NCBI GenBank assembly: GCA_017882555.1
Contig: JADGPH010000176.1
Span: forward strand, 1 to 32,669
DNA from: Thermoleophilia bacterium
GTDB lineage: Bacteria > Actinomycetota > Thermoleophilia > Miltoncostaeales > Miltoncostaeaceae
Direction: 5' to 3'
Length of the DNA stretch: 32,669 nt
Under the pieces are notes generated by a model that saw only the letters and a program-made list of their open reading frames with translations, did not search any database and was not told the DNA's origin. Positions 1 through 8,408 of this stretch are shown in pieces (position 1 is the first letter of the stretch; each line of letters begins with the position of its first letter). The translations under genes and the position numbers were made by a program.

Positions 1-112
1 CCCCGACGTTCTGGTCCTTCAGAGGGCGGGTGTCGTGACGGTGTTGGGGACTCGGTGGGACGGGTTCCTGTGTAAAGTTTTGCGGTCATTCAACTCAACG
101 GAAGTGAGAACG

Positions 113-937
113 ATGCCGGTCCCAAGACTCTATGAGGCGTTCTCAGAACCGCGCGAGCAGTGGGCCCACGTCTTGGCGACGCTGCTGCAACTCGGTGGAC
201 CTGAGACACGCGCGGCGCTCGTCGCGGAACTGCTGGGCGACCATCTTGCCGGCACTGACCAGATGCTCGTCAGCGAGCGGCGTGTCGTGGGTCAGGGCGC
301 CGACGCGATGATGCTTGACATCACGCTGCGCCACGGCGACGAGTGGGTCATCGGGATTGTGTCCGACCTTGGGTTCGATCTCGCTCGGGCGGCGGCCCTG
401 GCGGCCACCCAGCGGGCGCTTGGATCCGCCGCGCGCCAGGTGCTGATCGTCATCACTCCAGATCGCCGCGTGCCCGCGGACATCAAGGCTGCCTCGGGTG
501 AGATCATCCACAAGAGCTGGCTGCGAGTGCGCGACTGGGTCCAGGAGCGCCCCGAGCGCGGCGCGGCAACCGGTGTCGATTTGGCCCTTCTGCGCGAGGC
601 GGAGTACTTCTATACCCCACGCGTGGCGGAGCTGTACCGCCTCGAGGAACTGATGGCCTTGGTGGCTCCGGGAGTGCGCACGTCGTTGGCATCGATCTTC
701 TTCGCGCTCAACGATCTTGCGCCGGCGCCGACGATCGTGATCCCCACCGACAAGACCGCTCTCGTGCGCTACCCGCGCAGCGGGGACCCCACGGTGACGA
801 TCGCCCTGGGAGACGGCGACCCGGTTGTGTCGGTCGTCGGCGGTCCTGCGGTGCGCATCGACACCGACGCGGCCTTGACCGCCGCGCGCTCAGGGGTGCT
901 CGCCGCCGCGCGCGCGGTGCTCCCGGCGCGCAAGTAG
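113..937 (+). CDS. hypothetical protein, no recognisable domain
   Basis: ORF track 35..937. I prefer the ATG at 113 (MPVPRLYEAF...) because 61..112 is visibly AT-richer and carries GGAAGTGAG ahead of that ATG. No catalytic motif recognised. Confidence 0.55.
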   Translation: MPVPRLYEAFSEPREQWAHVLATLLQLGGPETRAALVAELLGDHLAGTDQMLVSERRVVGQGADAMMLDITLRHGDEWVIGIVSDLGFDLARAAALAATQRALGSAARQVLIVITPDRRVPADIKAASGEIIHKSWLRVRDWVQERPERGAATGVDLALLREAEYFYTPRVAELYRLEELMALVAPGVRTSLASIFFALNDLAPAPTIVIPTDKTALVRYPRSGDPTVTIALGDGDPVVSVVGGPAVRIDTDAALTAARSGVLAAARAVLPARK

Positions 938-997
938 TCGTTGCCGGAGGGCGACCGCGGTGGCCGTCTTCCGAGCACTTGCTAGCATCAAGAGCCG

Positions 998-1537
998 ATG
1001 TCGTCTCGTGCACTCGCTGATCCGGATCTTGAACAGCGCCGCTTGGCCGCAATGCGGCAGGTGCGCCAGCTGGGTGACCCCGTGTTGCGCATTCCTGCCA
1101 CGGAAGTGACCGTCTTTGACGATGCGCTGCGTGAAGAGGTCGCGCGGATGGAATTGATCATGGATGAGGCGCATGGCGCGGGTCTCGCCGCGCCGCAGCT
1201 CGGTGCGCTGCGCCGGATCCTCGTGTATCGCTTGCGCGATGATGACCGTCCGCGTGTGTTGATCAACCCCCGCGTCGCGTGGTCCTCCGACGAAACGGAG
1301 ATCGACGTCGAAGGATGCCTGTCGATCGGTGAGATCACGGTGGAAGTGCCACGGGCTGTCGCACTGCACGTCGAAGCGCTCGACGATGACGGCGAGCCGG
1401 TCCGTCTCGAGGCCGAAGGGTTTGAGGCGCGGGTCGTCCAGCATGAGATGGACCACCTGGACGGCATTCTGATTTTGGACCGCACGACGAAGGAACAACG
1501 CCGCGAGGCGCTGCGGGAACTGCGCAGCCAGGCATAG
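998..1537 (+). CDS. def: peptide deformylase
   Basis: All three deformylase motifs are present: GAGLAAPQLG, EGCLSIGE and HEMDHLDG. It lies directly upstream of fmt. Confidence 0.95.
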   Translation: MSSRALADPDLEQRRLAAMRQVRQLGDPVLRIPATEVTVFDDALREEVARMELIMDEAHGAGLAAPQLGALRRILVYRLRDDDRPRVLINPRVAWSSDETEIDVEGCLSIGEITVEVPRAVALHVEALDDDGEPVRLEAEGFEARVVQHEMDHLDGILILDRTTKEQRREALRELRSQA

Positions 1538-1543
1538 CGACAG

Positions 1544-2449
1544 ATGCGAATTGCCTTTGCGGGAAGCCCCGCCCCAGCGGCGGAGATCCTGCGCGATCTT
1601 GCGAGAGCGCATCACGAGATTGCCCTGGTGATCTCACAGCCCGATCGCCCCCGGGGCCGTTCACGTTCGCTGTCACTGACTCCCGTGGCCGCCGAGGCCG
1701 CCGAGCTCGGGCTCGAGTGCATCCGACCGGCAACGATCAACGCACCCGAGGTACTTGAGCGGCTGCGTGCGGCAAATGTGGCCGCTTTGTGTGTCGTGGC
1801 ATTCGGCCAGCTTCTCAACGCGCCGCTGCTCTCAGAATGGCCGTGTATCAACGTGCACTTTTCCATCCTTCCCGCCTATCGGGGGGCCGCTCCCGTCGAG
1901 CGTTCGCTGATGGATGGCGTTACCGAAACCGGAGTGAGCATTATGCGAATGGACGCCGGGCTCGATACGGGACCCCTAGCGCGCGTGGTGCGCACACCTG
2001 TTGCAGTCACCGATGACGCCGGTGCGATCATGGACCGATTGTGCGCTTTGGCCATCCCGGCGCTGGTCGAGACCTTCGACCAGCTCGAGCGCGGCACGCT
2101 GCGGGTTATCGCGCAGCCCGAGGTTGGAGTGTCGCTCGCACCCAAACTCAACGACGCCGATCGGGTGCTGGATCCGGGTCGCTCAGCCACGGCGCTCGCC
2201 AATCGCGTACGGGCACTTGCCCCGCACATCGGTGCGCGACTGGTGATCGGCGGTGAGCCATTCAAGGTGTGGCGAACGGTCGCGCACGAGACCGAGACGG
2301 CCCCGGGTCTGCACGCCGACGACGGTCGGCTGCTGATGGGCTGTGGATCCGGGACGCTGGAGATAGTGGAGTTGCAGCCGCCCTCGCGTGGTCGCGTCTC
2401 GGCCGGCGAATTCTTGCGCGGGTACCGCGGATCACTGGAGATTGTATGA
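1544..2449 (+). CDS. fmt: methionyl-tRNA formyltransferase
   Basis: Contains HFSILPAYRGAAPVERSLMDG, the formyltransferase core. Length (301 aa) and the def-fmt synteny fit. Confidence 0.95.
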   Translation: MRIAFAGSPAPAAEILRDLARAHHEIALVISQPDRPRGRSRSLSLTPVAAEAAELGLECIRPATINAPEVLERLRAANVAALCVVAFGQLLNAPLLSEWPCINVHFSILPAYRGAAPVERSLMDGVTETGVSIMRMDAGLDTGPLARVVRTPVAVTDDAGAIMDRLCALAIPALVETFDQLERGTLRVIAQPEVGVSLAPKLNDADRVLDPGRSATALANRVRALAPHIGARLVIGGEPFKVWRTVAHETETAPGLHADDGRLLMGCGSGTLEIVELQPPSRGRVSAGEFLRGYRGSLEIV

Positions 2450-3765
2450 CGACCGACGGCCAGATCAGTCCCGAGCGTTTGATGGCCCTGCGCGTCCTGC
2501 GCCGCGTTGCCGAGGGCGCGTTTGCCGATCGCGCATTCGCCGCGGAGGCCCGCCGGGCCGATCTGGATCCCCGGACGCGTGCGGCTGCCATGCGCCTGAG
2601 CTACGGCCCTGTGCAACGCCGGCGCACGCTGGATTGGTTGATCGACGGTGCGCTTGAGCGGCCCGGCGGACTTGAACCAGATGTGCGCGAGGTGTTGCGG
2701 GTCGGCGCGTATGAGCTGATCTGGTCGGACCGCGTACCGGATGCTGCCGCGGTCGATCAGACGGTGCGGCTCGTGCGCACCCTCCACGGGGTGCCGCGCC
2801 GACGGACCGCCCGCGCGGGCCTGGTGAACGCGGTCATGCGGCGCATCGCCGCGGACGGCAAACGCCGTCTGGCCAGCCTCGAGGGCGATCCGAGCGCCGC
2901 CGGTATTCGGCATTCGTTGCCGGATTGGATCGTCGAGGGGTTTGAGAGCTCCCTCGGCGAGCTCGCCGAGGGAGCGATGGCTGCGGCCAACGACCCGGCC
3001 GAGTCGGCGATTCGGTGGAATCCACTGCGCGGCCCGCGTCGTACCGTCGAGGCTGCACTCCAGATGGCGTGGCACGATGATCCCTTTCTGCCTGAGGCGC
3101 TCGTGCTCGAGGGGCCGTTTGCGCTCGAGGATTCTGAGCTGTGGGCGCGCGGACGGGCGATGGGACAAAGCCGGGCTTCGATGCTGCCCGCGCGCGTGTT
3201 GGCGCCGCGGCCCGGCGAGCGGATTCTCGATCTGTGTGCTGCCCCGGGAGCCAAAGCGACCCACCTGGCCGCCCTGGCCGCCAATCGCGCCGAGATCGTC
3301 TGCGTGGAACTCCATGAGGCCCGCGCCCAGGCCCTGCGGGTCCTGGGTCGACGCATGGGCGCACGCATTCAGGTGATCACCGGGGATGCGCGGACCCTGG
3401 AGTTGGACGATGGCTTCGATGCGGTGCTCGTAGACCCGCCGTGTACCGGTCTTGGCGTGCTGAGCTCGCGTCCGGACGTGCGCTGGCGGCGTCGCCCGGA
3501 AGCCCTCGATGAGCTCGTTAAGCTGCAGCGGGATCTGCTCGAACGCGCGATCGAGCTCACGCGCCCCGGCGGCCGGGTCGTCTACAGCACGTGCACCCTT
3601 CTGGCCGCGGAAAATGAAGAGGTCGTGCGCGCAACCGGAGTCCACGTGGCGGATGTGACAGCCCAATTCCCGCACCTTGCCCATCCGCGGTTGGAGGGTG
3701 CGTTGCTGACGCTTCCCAGCCGCGATCGCACCGATGGTTTCTTTGTGGCCCGGCTGGAAATCTAA
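2446..3765 (+). CDS. rsmB: 16S rRNA (cytosine-C5)-methyltransferase, RsmB/Sun family
   Basis: Has a NusB-like N-terminus, DPPCTGLGV and YSTCTL motifs. Start placed at ATG 2446, which overlaps the fmt stop (ATGA); the track ORF start at 2269 lies inside fmt. Confidence 0.9.
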   Translation: MTTDGQISPERLMALRVLRRVAEGAFADRAFAAEARRADLDPRTRAAAMRLSYGPVQRRRTLDWLIDGALERPGGLEPDVREVLRVGAYELIWSDRVPDAAAVDQTVRLVRTLHGVPRRRTARAGLVNAVMRRIAADGKRRLASLEGDPSAAGIRHSLPDWIVEGFESSLGELAEGAMAAANDPAESAIRWNPLRGPRRTVEAALQMAWHDDPFLPEALVLEGPFALEDSELWARGRAMGQSRASMLPARVLAPRPGERILDLCAAPGAKATHLAALAANRAEIVCVELHEARAQALRVLGRRMGARIQVITGDARTLELDDGFDAVLVDPPCTGLGVLSSRPDVRWRRRPEALDELVKLQRDLLERAIELTRPGGRVVYSTCTLLAAENEEVVRATGVHVADVTAQFPHLAHPRLEGALLTLPSRDRTDGFFVARLEI

Positions 3766-3830
3766 GTGGCGGCGGCCCGAGCGGCCCGAATTGGCGGGTA
3801 CGCGACCACGTCGGTACGCTCTGCGTTCTG

Positions 3831-4496
3831 ATGACTCGTCCTGACCGACCTGTTGTGTTGCCATCGGTCATGTCCGCGGACATGACCGCCCTGGGGGCCC
3901 AGTTGGGCGACCTGTGCGCCGCTGGCGCGCGCGTCTTCCACGTCGATGTGATGGATGGACACTTCGTGCCGAACCTCACGGTGGGGCCGGATTTCACCGC
4001 AGCGGTGGCGCGGAGCGTGCGGCCACACGGCGGCCTGGTCGATGTCCACCTGATGGTGGAACGTCCCGGACCCCTGCTGGAGCTCTTTGCGCCCCATGCG
4101 AACGCGATCAGCGTCCACGCCGAGGCGGACCCGCATCTGCACCGGCTGATGGCCGAGATTCGCCGCTTGGGGTGTGCCGCCGGGGTTGCCATCAACCCCG
4201 GGACGCCGCTCGATTTCGTCACTGAGCTCATTGGTTCGATCGACTTTGTGAACTGCATGGCGGTCAACCCCGGCTTTGCCGGTCAGTCATTCATTGCGAC
4301 GACCCCAAACAAGGTTGGGCGCTTGCGGGCGGCGCTCCCCGACGAGGTCTGGATCGAGGTTGATGGTGGGATTGGTCTCGGGACGCTGGTCCAGGCGCGC
4401 GATGCGGGCGCGTCGTGGCTGGTCTCGGCATCGGCCATCTTCAGCGCGGACAACCCGGTCGACGCATATCGAAGCCTGGCCGAGCTCGCCGGATGA
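3831..4496 (+). CDS. rpe: ribulose-phosphate 3-epimerase
   Basis: Contains PSVMSADM...HVDVMDGHFVPNLTVGP, the canonical Rpe N-terminal motif. Confidence 0.93.
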   Translation: MTRPDRPVVLPSVMSADMTALGAQLGDLCAAGARVFHVDVMDGHFVPNLTVGPDFTAAVARSVRPHGGLVDVHLMVERPGPLLELFAPHANAISVHAEADPHLHRLMAEIRRLGCAAGVAINPGTPLDFVTELIGSIDFVNCMAVNPGFAGQSFIATTPNKVGRLRAALPDEVWIEVDGGIGLGTLVQARDAGASWLVSASAIFSADNPVDAYRSLAELAG

Positions 4497-5623
4497 CGAC
4501 GCTCAGCGCGGCGGAGTCCGCCGCGCTCGCGCATGCCCGCGAGGTTGCGACGCGCGCGCGCGGCCGGGTGAGTCCAAACCCGCTTGTCGGCGCGGTGATC
4601 CTGCGCGATGGGCGTCTCATCGCCGAGGGATGGCACGAGGGCCCCGGCCTTCCTCACGCCGAGGTCGTGGCCTTGCGCGCGGCAGGCGCGGCGGCCCGTG
4701 GGGCGACCCTGGTGAGCACACTCGAGCCCTGCTCGCATTTTGGTCGGACACCGCCGTGTTCGGCCGCGGTGATCGAGGCCGGGCTTGGACGGGTCGTGGT
4801 GGGGTGTCTCGATCCGCTTGAGCGGACGCGGGGGCAAGGGGTTCGCCTGTTGCGTGCGGCCGGAATCGACGTGGCTGTGGCATCGGGCGAAGACGGGCGC
4901 CTCTCGCGGGAGTTGATCTCGGCATTTATTACCCACGCGGTACGTCAGCGCCCGCATGTGATGCTGAAGCTCGCCACCAGCCTCGATGGCAAGGTCGCCA
5001 CGCGTACCGGCGAGAGTCAGTGGATCTCCAGTCCTGAAGCGCGGGACCTGGTGCACCGCATGCGCGCCGACCACGACGCGGTTATTGTCGGCATCGGGAC
5101 CGCGCTGGCCGACGATCCGCGGCTGACCGCGAGAGGGATCGACGGACCGGTGCGCCAACCGGCACGTGTCGTGTTTGATTCCCAAGCCCGGTTGCCGCTG
5201 GCATCGGCGATGGTCGAATCCGCGCGCGAGGTGCCGGTGTACGTGGTAGTCGGAACCAGCGCGTCACCGGATCGCATCGAGCGATTGCGGGGCGCCGGGG
5301 TTGAGGTAATCGGCATGCCGACCGCGCGTCCGCAGGTCCCGGAGGTCCTGGCCGCACTCGGTCAACGCGGCATTCAGTCGGTATTTGTCGAGGGCGGTGC
5401 ACGGCTTGCCGGTGCGTTCCTCGAGGCGAACAGCGTCGATGTCGTGCAATGGTTTCTGGCCCCGATGTTGATCGGCGGTAGCCAGGCACCCGGTGCGATC
5501 GGCGGTCAAGGGGTGGGCAAACTGGCCGACGCACCGCGATTGGCGCAGCTTGTGGTCGCACGAATCGGCGACGATATCGCGTGCGCCGGTCGCGTGATTG
5601 AGTTGCCCCGGATAGAGGAGTGA
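4493..5623 (+). CDS. ribD: bifunctional diaminohydroxyphosphoribosylaminopyrimidine deaminase / 5-amino-6-(5-phosphoribosylamino)uracil reductase
   Basis: Has the deaminase zinc motifs HAEVVAL and PCSHFGRTPPC plus a C-terminal reductase domain. ATG 4493 overlaps the rpe stop (ATGA). Confidence 0.93.
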   Translation: MTTLSAAESAALAHAREVATRARGRVSPNPLVGAVILRDGRLIAEGWHEGPGLPHAEVVALRAAGAAARGATLVSTLEPCSHFGRTPPCSAAVIEAGLGRVVVGCLDPLERTRGQGVRLLRAAGIDVAVASGEDGRLSRELISAFITHAVRQRPHVMLKLATSLDGKVATRTGESQWISSPEARDLVHRMRADHDAVIVGIGTALADDPRLTARGIDGPVRQPARVVFDSQARLPLASAMVESAREVPVYVVVGTSASPDRIERLRGAGVEVIGMPTARPQVPEVLAALGQRGIQSVFVEGGARLAGAFLEANSVDVVQWFLAPMLIGGSQAPGAIGGQGVGKLADAPRLAQLVVARIGDDIACAGRVIELPRIEE

Positions 5624-6234
5624 TGTTCACCGGACTTGTCGAAGAGGTCGGCACGATTGCCGCCATGAGCCCCGTCAATGAGGGCGTGCGTGTCGCGATT
5701 CGCGCGACTGTCGTGCGCGAAGGGCTTGTGATTGGCGATTCGGTGGCTGTCAACGGCGCGTGCTTGACAGCGGTTGAACTGCACCCCGACGGGTTTGTGG
5801 TCGATGTCGTGGCCGAGACGCTGCGTCGCACGACGCTCGTGGATGCCCAACCCGGAGATCCTGTCAACTTGGAACGCGCCGTGGCGCTCGGGGCGCGTCT
5901 CGGGGGCCACATGGTGCAAGGCCATATCGATGGGACCGGGACGGTGGTCTCGGCGAGCCCGGCAGGTGACGGGCTGACATTTCGCGTCGACGCCCCGGGC
6001 GCGCTGATGCGGTACGTGATCGAGAAGGGCAGTATCGCGGTCGACGGTGTGAGCCTCACCGTCGCCGCCCGGGACGTGACCGGGTTCACCGTCGCGCTGA
6101 TCCCGCACACGATCGCGGCGACGACGCTTGGCCTGGGGCGCGTTGGCGGTCGCGTAAATCTCGAAGTCGACCTTGTGGCAAAGTACATTGAGGCGTTAGT
6201 CGCTCCATACCAGGTGCCGCGGGAGGCCCAATGA
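5623..6234 (+). CDS. ribE: riboflavin synthase alpha chain
   Basis: Canonical [11 protein letters not shown]-terminus and an internally duplicated barrel. ATG 5623 overlaps the ribD TGA (TGATG). The track lists GTG 5620 as an alternative start. Confidence 0.92.
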   Translation: MFTGLVEEVGTIAAMSPVNEGVRVAIRATVVREGLVIGDSVAVNGACLTAVELHPDGFVVDVVAETLRRTTLVDAQPGDPVNLERAVALGARLGGHMVQGHIDGTGTVVSASPAGDGLTFRVDAPGALMRYVIEKGSIAVDGVSLTVAARDVTGFTVALIPHTIAATTLGLGRVGGRVNLEVDLVAKYIEALVAPYQVPREAQ

Positions 6235-7487
6235 GCAGTACGCAGGCGCGTCCCTTCGCTACGATCGAACAGGCGATAGAGGCCATCCGCGCCGGTCACA
6301 TGATCGTGGTCGTCGACTCTGAGGATCGCGAGAACGAAGGCGACATCATCATGGCCGCCCAGTTCGCGACTCCGGAGGCCGTCAACTTCATGGCTACGCA
6401 CGCGCGCGGCCTGATCTGTTTGGCACTGACGGACGAGCGCTGTGAGCAGCTTGGCCTGACGATGATGGTGCGTCGCAACGATGCCCCGTTGGGTACGGCC
6501 TTCCTCGAGTCGATCGAGGCCCGGGAGGGCGTCACGACAGGCATCTCCGCGCCCGATCGCGCCCGCACGATCATGGTCGCGATTGACCCCAATTCAGGTG
6601 CGTCGGACTTGGTCAAGCCCGGGCATGTGTTCCCCTTGCGGGCCAAGCCCGGCGGGGTGCTCGAGCGCGCCGGCCACACGGAGGCGGCAGTCGACCTGGC
6701 GCGGCTTGCAGGACTGATTCCCGCAGGGGTGATCTGCGAGGTGATGCGCGAGGACGGCCGCATGGCACGCGTCGACGATCTGGTGCCATACGCCCACGAA
6801 CATGGTCTGTTGATGATCACCATCTCCGACCTGATCGAGCATCGACGCCACACCGAGCGTCTGGTTGAGCGTGGGGGGCAGGCACGCCTGCCCACGACCT
6901 ACGGTGAGTGGACGGCCATCGGCTACCACAGCCTCATCGACGGCAAGCACCACCTTGCGTTGGTCAAGGGTGACGTCGCCGGCAAGGAAGACGTGTTGGT
7001 ACGGGTGCATTCGGAGTGCCTGACCGGTGACGTGTTTGGTTCCCTACGCTGCGATTGTGGCGAACAGCTCGCCGCGGCCATGAAGATGATCGACGATGAG
7101 GGTGAAGGCGTCGTGCTCTACATCGCCCAAGAAGGCCGTGGGATTGGTCTGCTCAACAAGCTCCGTGCCTACGAGCTCCAGGACGCCGGGTTTGACACCG
7201 TTGAAGCCAATCGCCAGCTCGGATTTCCCGCAGATCTCCGCGACTATGGGATCGGCGCACAGATCCTGGTGGACTTGGGCCTCACGACGATCCGTCAACT
7301 CACCAATAATCCTAAGAAGATTGTCGGCCTCGAAGGCTATGGGCTGTCGGTGACTGCACGCGTGCCGATCGAGATCGACCCAGGTCCGGACAACTTGCGC
7401 TATCTCCAGGTCAAGCGGGACAAGATGGGGCACATGCTCCACCACCAGGACCTGCGGATCGAGGTCGATCCGACTGAGGGCGACTGA
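6231..7487 (+). CDS. ribBA: bifunctional 3,4-dihydroxy-2-butanone-4-phosphate synthase / GTP cyclohydrolase II
   Basis: [10 protein letters not shown] marks the DHBP synthase half and [21 protein letters not shown] the GCH-II zinc site. GGGAGG Shine-Dalgarno sequence and an ATGA overlap with ribE. Confidence 0.94.
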   Translation: MSSTQARPFATIEQAIEAIRAGHMIVVVDSEDRENEGDIIMAAQFATPEAVNFMATHARGLICLALTDERCEQLGLTMMVRRNDAPLGTAFLESIEAREGVTTGISAPDRARTIMVAIDPNSGASDLVKPGHVFPLRAKPGGVLERAGHTEAAVDLARLAGLIPAGVICEVMREDGRMARVDDLVPYAHEHGLLMITISDLIEHRRHTERLVERGGQARLPTTYGEWTAIGYHSLIDGKHHLALVKGDVAGKEDVLVRVHSECLTGDVFGSLRCDCGEQLAAAMKMIDDEGEGVVLYIAQEGRGIGLLNKLRAYELQDAGFDTVEANRQLGFPADLRDYGIGAQILVDLGLTTIRQLTNNPKKIVGLEGYGLSVTARVPIEIDPGPDNLRYLQVKRDKMGHMLHHQDLRIEVDPTEGD

Positions 7488-7490
7488 CCG

Positions 7491-8003
7491 ATGGCGCGCA
7501 CGGAGCCGGCGCCTGCGGTCCACCGCCTGGATAATGCCGCGATCCGTGTCGGCATCGTGTGTTCAAGCTTTCATCGTGCCCTGACCGAAGCACTGGTCGA
7601 GGGCGCGCGCGGCCATCTCGCCGCGGCCGGGCTCGCTCCGGATCGCGTCGACGTCTTCTGGGTACCCGGTTCGTTCGAGGTTCCGCAGGCCGCGCGCATG
7701 CTGGCGGTGTCCGGACGCTATGCGGCGGTGATCGCCGTGGGTGCCGTGATCCGTGGGGCGACCTCCCATTTTGATCACATTTCCATGGCGGTCTCGCAGG
7801 GTCTGATCCGCGTCAGCCTGGACACCGGTGTTCCTTGTGCGTTCGGCGTACTGACCTGTGATACCGCTGAACAGGCATGGGCACGTGCCGGGGGCGACGT
7901 GGGTAACGCCGGCGAGGATGCCGCACGGGCGGCGGTCAGTCTGGTGAATCTCGCGGGCCTGAGCACGTCAGGCCCGCGCGAGACTCCCGCGACGGGGGAC
8001 TAA
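7491..8003 (+). CDS. ribH: 6,7-dimethyl-8-ribityllumazine synthase
   Basis: Contains WVPGSFEVPQAA and the GATSHFDHIS motifs. Last gene of the rib cluster. Confidence 0.93.
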   Translation: MARTEPAPAVHRLDNAAIRVGIVCSSFHRALTEALVEGARGHLAAAGLAPDRVDVFWVPGSFEVPQAARMLAVSGRYAAVIAVGAVIRGATSHFDHISMAVSQGLIRVSLDTGVPCAFGVLTCDTAEQAWARAGGDVGNAGEDAARAAVSLVNLAGLSTSGPRETPATGD

Positions 8004-8025
8004 CCCCGCGCGTGTCGTGCTGTGC

Positions 8026-8217
8026 CTAGGCGGCTTTGACCACCTTGCCGCCTTTGAGGCAGCGAGTGCAGACATAGGCACGCGTCGGTGTGCCATTCGA
8101 GATGATGCGCACCTTCTGCAGGTTCGGATTGAACCGGCGGGGTGTCGCACGCATGGAATGGCTGCGGTTGTGCCCGAAGCCCGGGCCCTTTCCGCACACA
8201 CTGCAGACCTTCGACAT
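8026..8217 (-). CDS. rpmB: 50S ribosomal protein L28 (zinc-ribbon C+ form)
   Basis: [37 protein letters not shown]...[15 protein letters not shown] lies 4 nt upstream of ATG 8217. The track ORF extends artificially to 8322. Confidence 0.93.
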   Translation of the reverse strand: MSKVCSVCGKGPGFGHNRSHSMRATPRRFNPNLQKVRIISNGTPTRAYVCTRCLKGGKVVKAA

Positions 8218-8275
8218 CGGCCTCCGTCCTGGGGTCGCCGTAGAGTTACTTGTGTCGCCCGCCCTGCGGAGGCCG
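8218..8275 (-). promoter_or_regulatory. rpmB 5-prime leader inverted repeat able to sequester the Shine-Dalgarno sequence
   Basis: cggcctccg (8218..8226) and cggaggccg (8267..8275) are perfect 9-nt reverse complements. In the minus-strand mRNA the downstream arm contains the GGAGG immediately before the rpmB ATG. Confidence 0.4.
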
Positions 8276-8292
8276 CAACGGCACAGCGCGCA

Positions 8293-8322
8293 ATTATGCA
8301 GGCAGTGGGTGGGTGACCGCAA
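8293..8322 (-). promoter_or_regulatory. putative rpmB promoter TTGCGG-N18-CATAAT
   Basis: On the minus strand, TTGCGG (plus-strand 8317..8322) is followed by 18 nt and then CATAAT (plus-strand 8293..8298). This sits about 75 nt upstream of the rpmB ATG. Confidence 0.35.
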
Positions 8323-8408
8323 CTATCTTACCGACCCAACCGTTCGCTGGGGTAACCGACTTGGTCGGCGAGCCTCCTCGACTGCGTCCCGACCCCAGGT
8401 GGTGGTGG

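Noticed and set aside
2269-2445. N-terminal extensions of track ORFs: rsmB from 2269, ribD from 4415, recG from 8250, rsmD from 10120, rpmB to 8322, rpmF from 12787, ffh from 19535, rnhB from 22949 and mqnE from 30783.
   Set aside because: The extensions overlap the preceding conserved gene or a divergent gene. They add Arg-rich sequence absent from the protein families, and a better-placed start (overlap coupling, Shine-Dalgarno sequence or -10 box) exists downstream.
3766-3830. Possible FMN riboswitch or other regulatory RNA ahead of rpe-ribD.
   Set aside because: The gap is only 65 nt. It contains just a 9-nt tandem doublet (gcggcccga x2, 3772..3789), which is too short and lacks the conserved FMN aptamer helices.
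1876-3864. Very long antisense or out-of-frame ORFs in the track: 1876..3864(-) 662 aa, 5082..6401(-), 9252..10730(-), 10992..12881(-) 629 aa, 19601..20884(-), 20940..22049(-) and 31065..32228(-).
   Set aside because: All lie opposite or out of frame to genes with unambiguous conserved motifs. Their translations are Arg/Pro/Ala/Gly-rich low-complexity strings typical of stop-poor non-coding frames in high-GC DNA.
7988-8025. Possible bidirectional terminator between the convergent ribH and rpmB genes.
   Set aside because: Only a 4-bp GGGG/CCCC stem can be drawn in the 22-nt gap, which is too weak to call.
8308-8329. RecA-NDp-like (PafBC-type) promoter upstream of recG: GGTGGGTG-N8-TATCTT.
   Set aside because: It matches only 6 of 8 positions of TGTCGGTG. 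Without genome-wide statistics this is indistinguishable from chance in GC-rich DNA, and I do not know recG to be a PafBC target.
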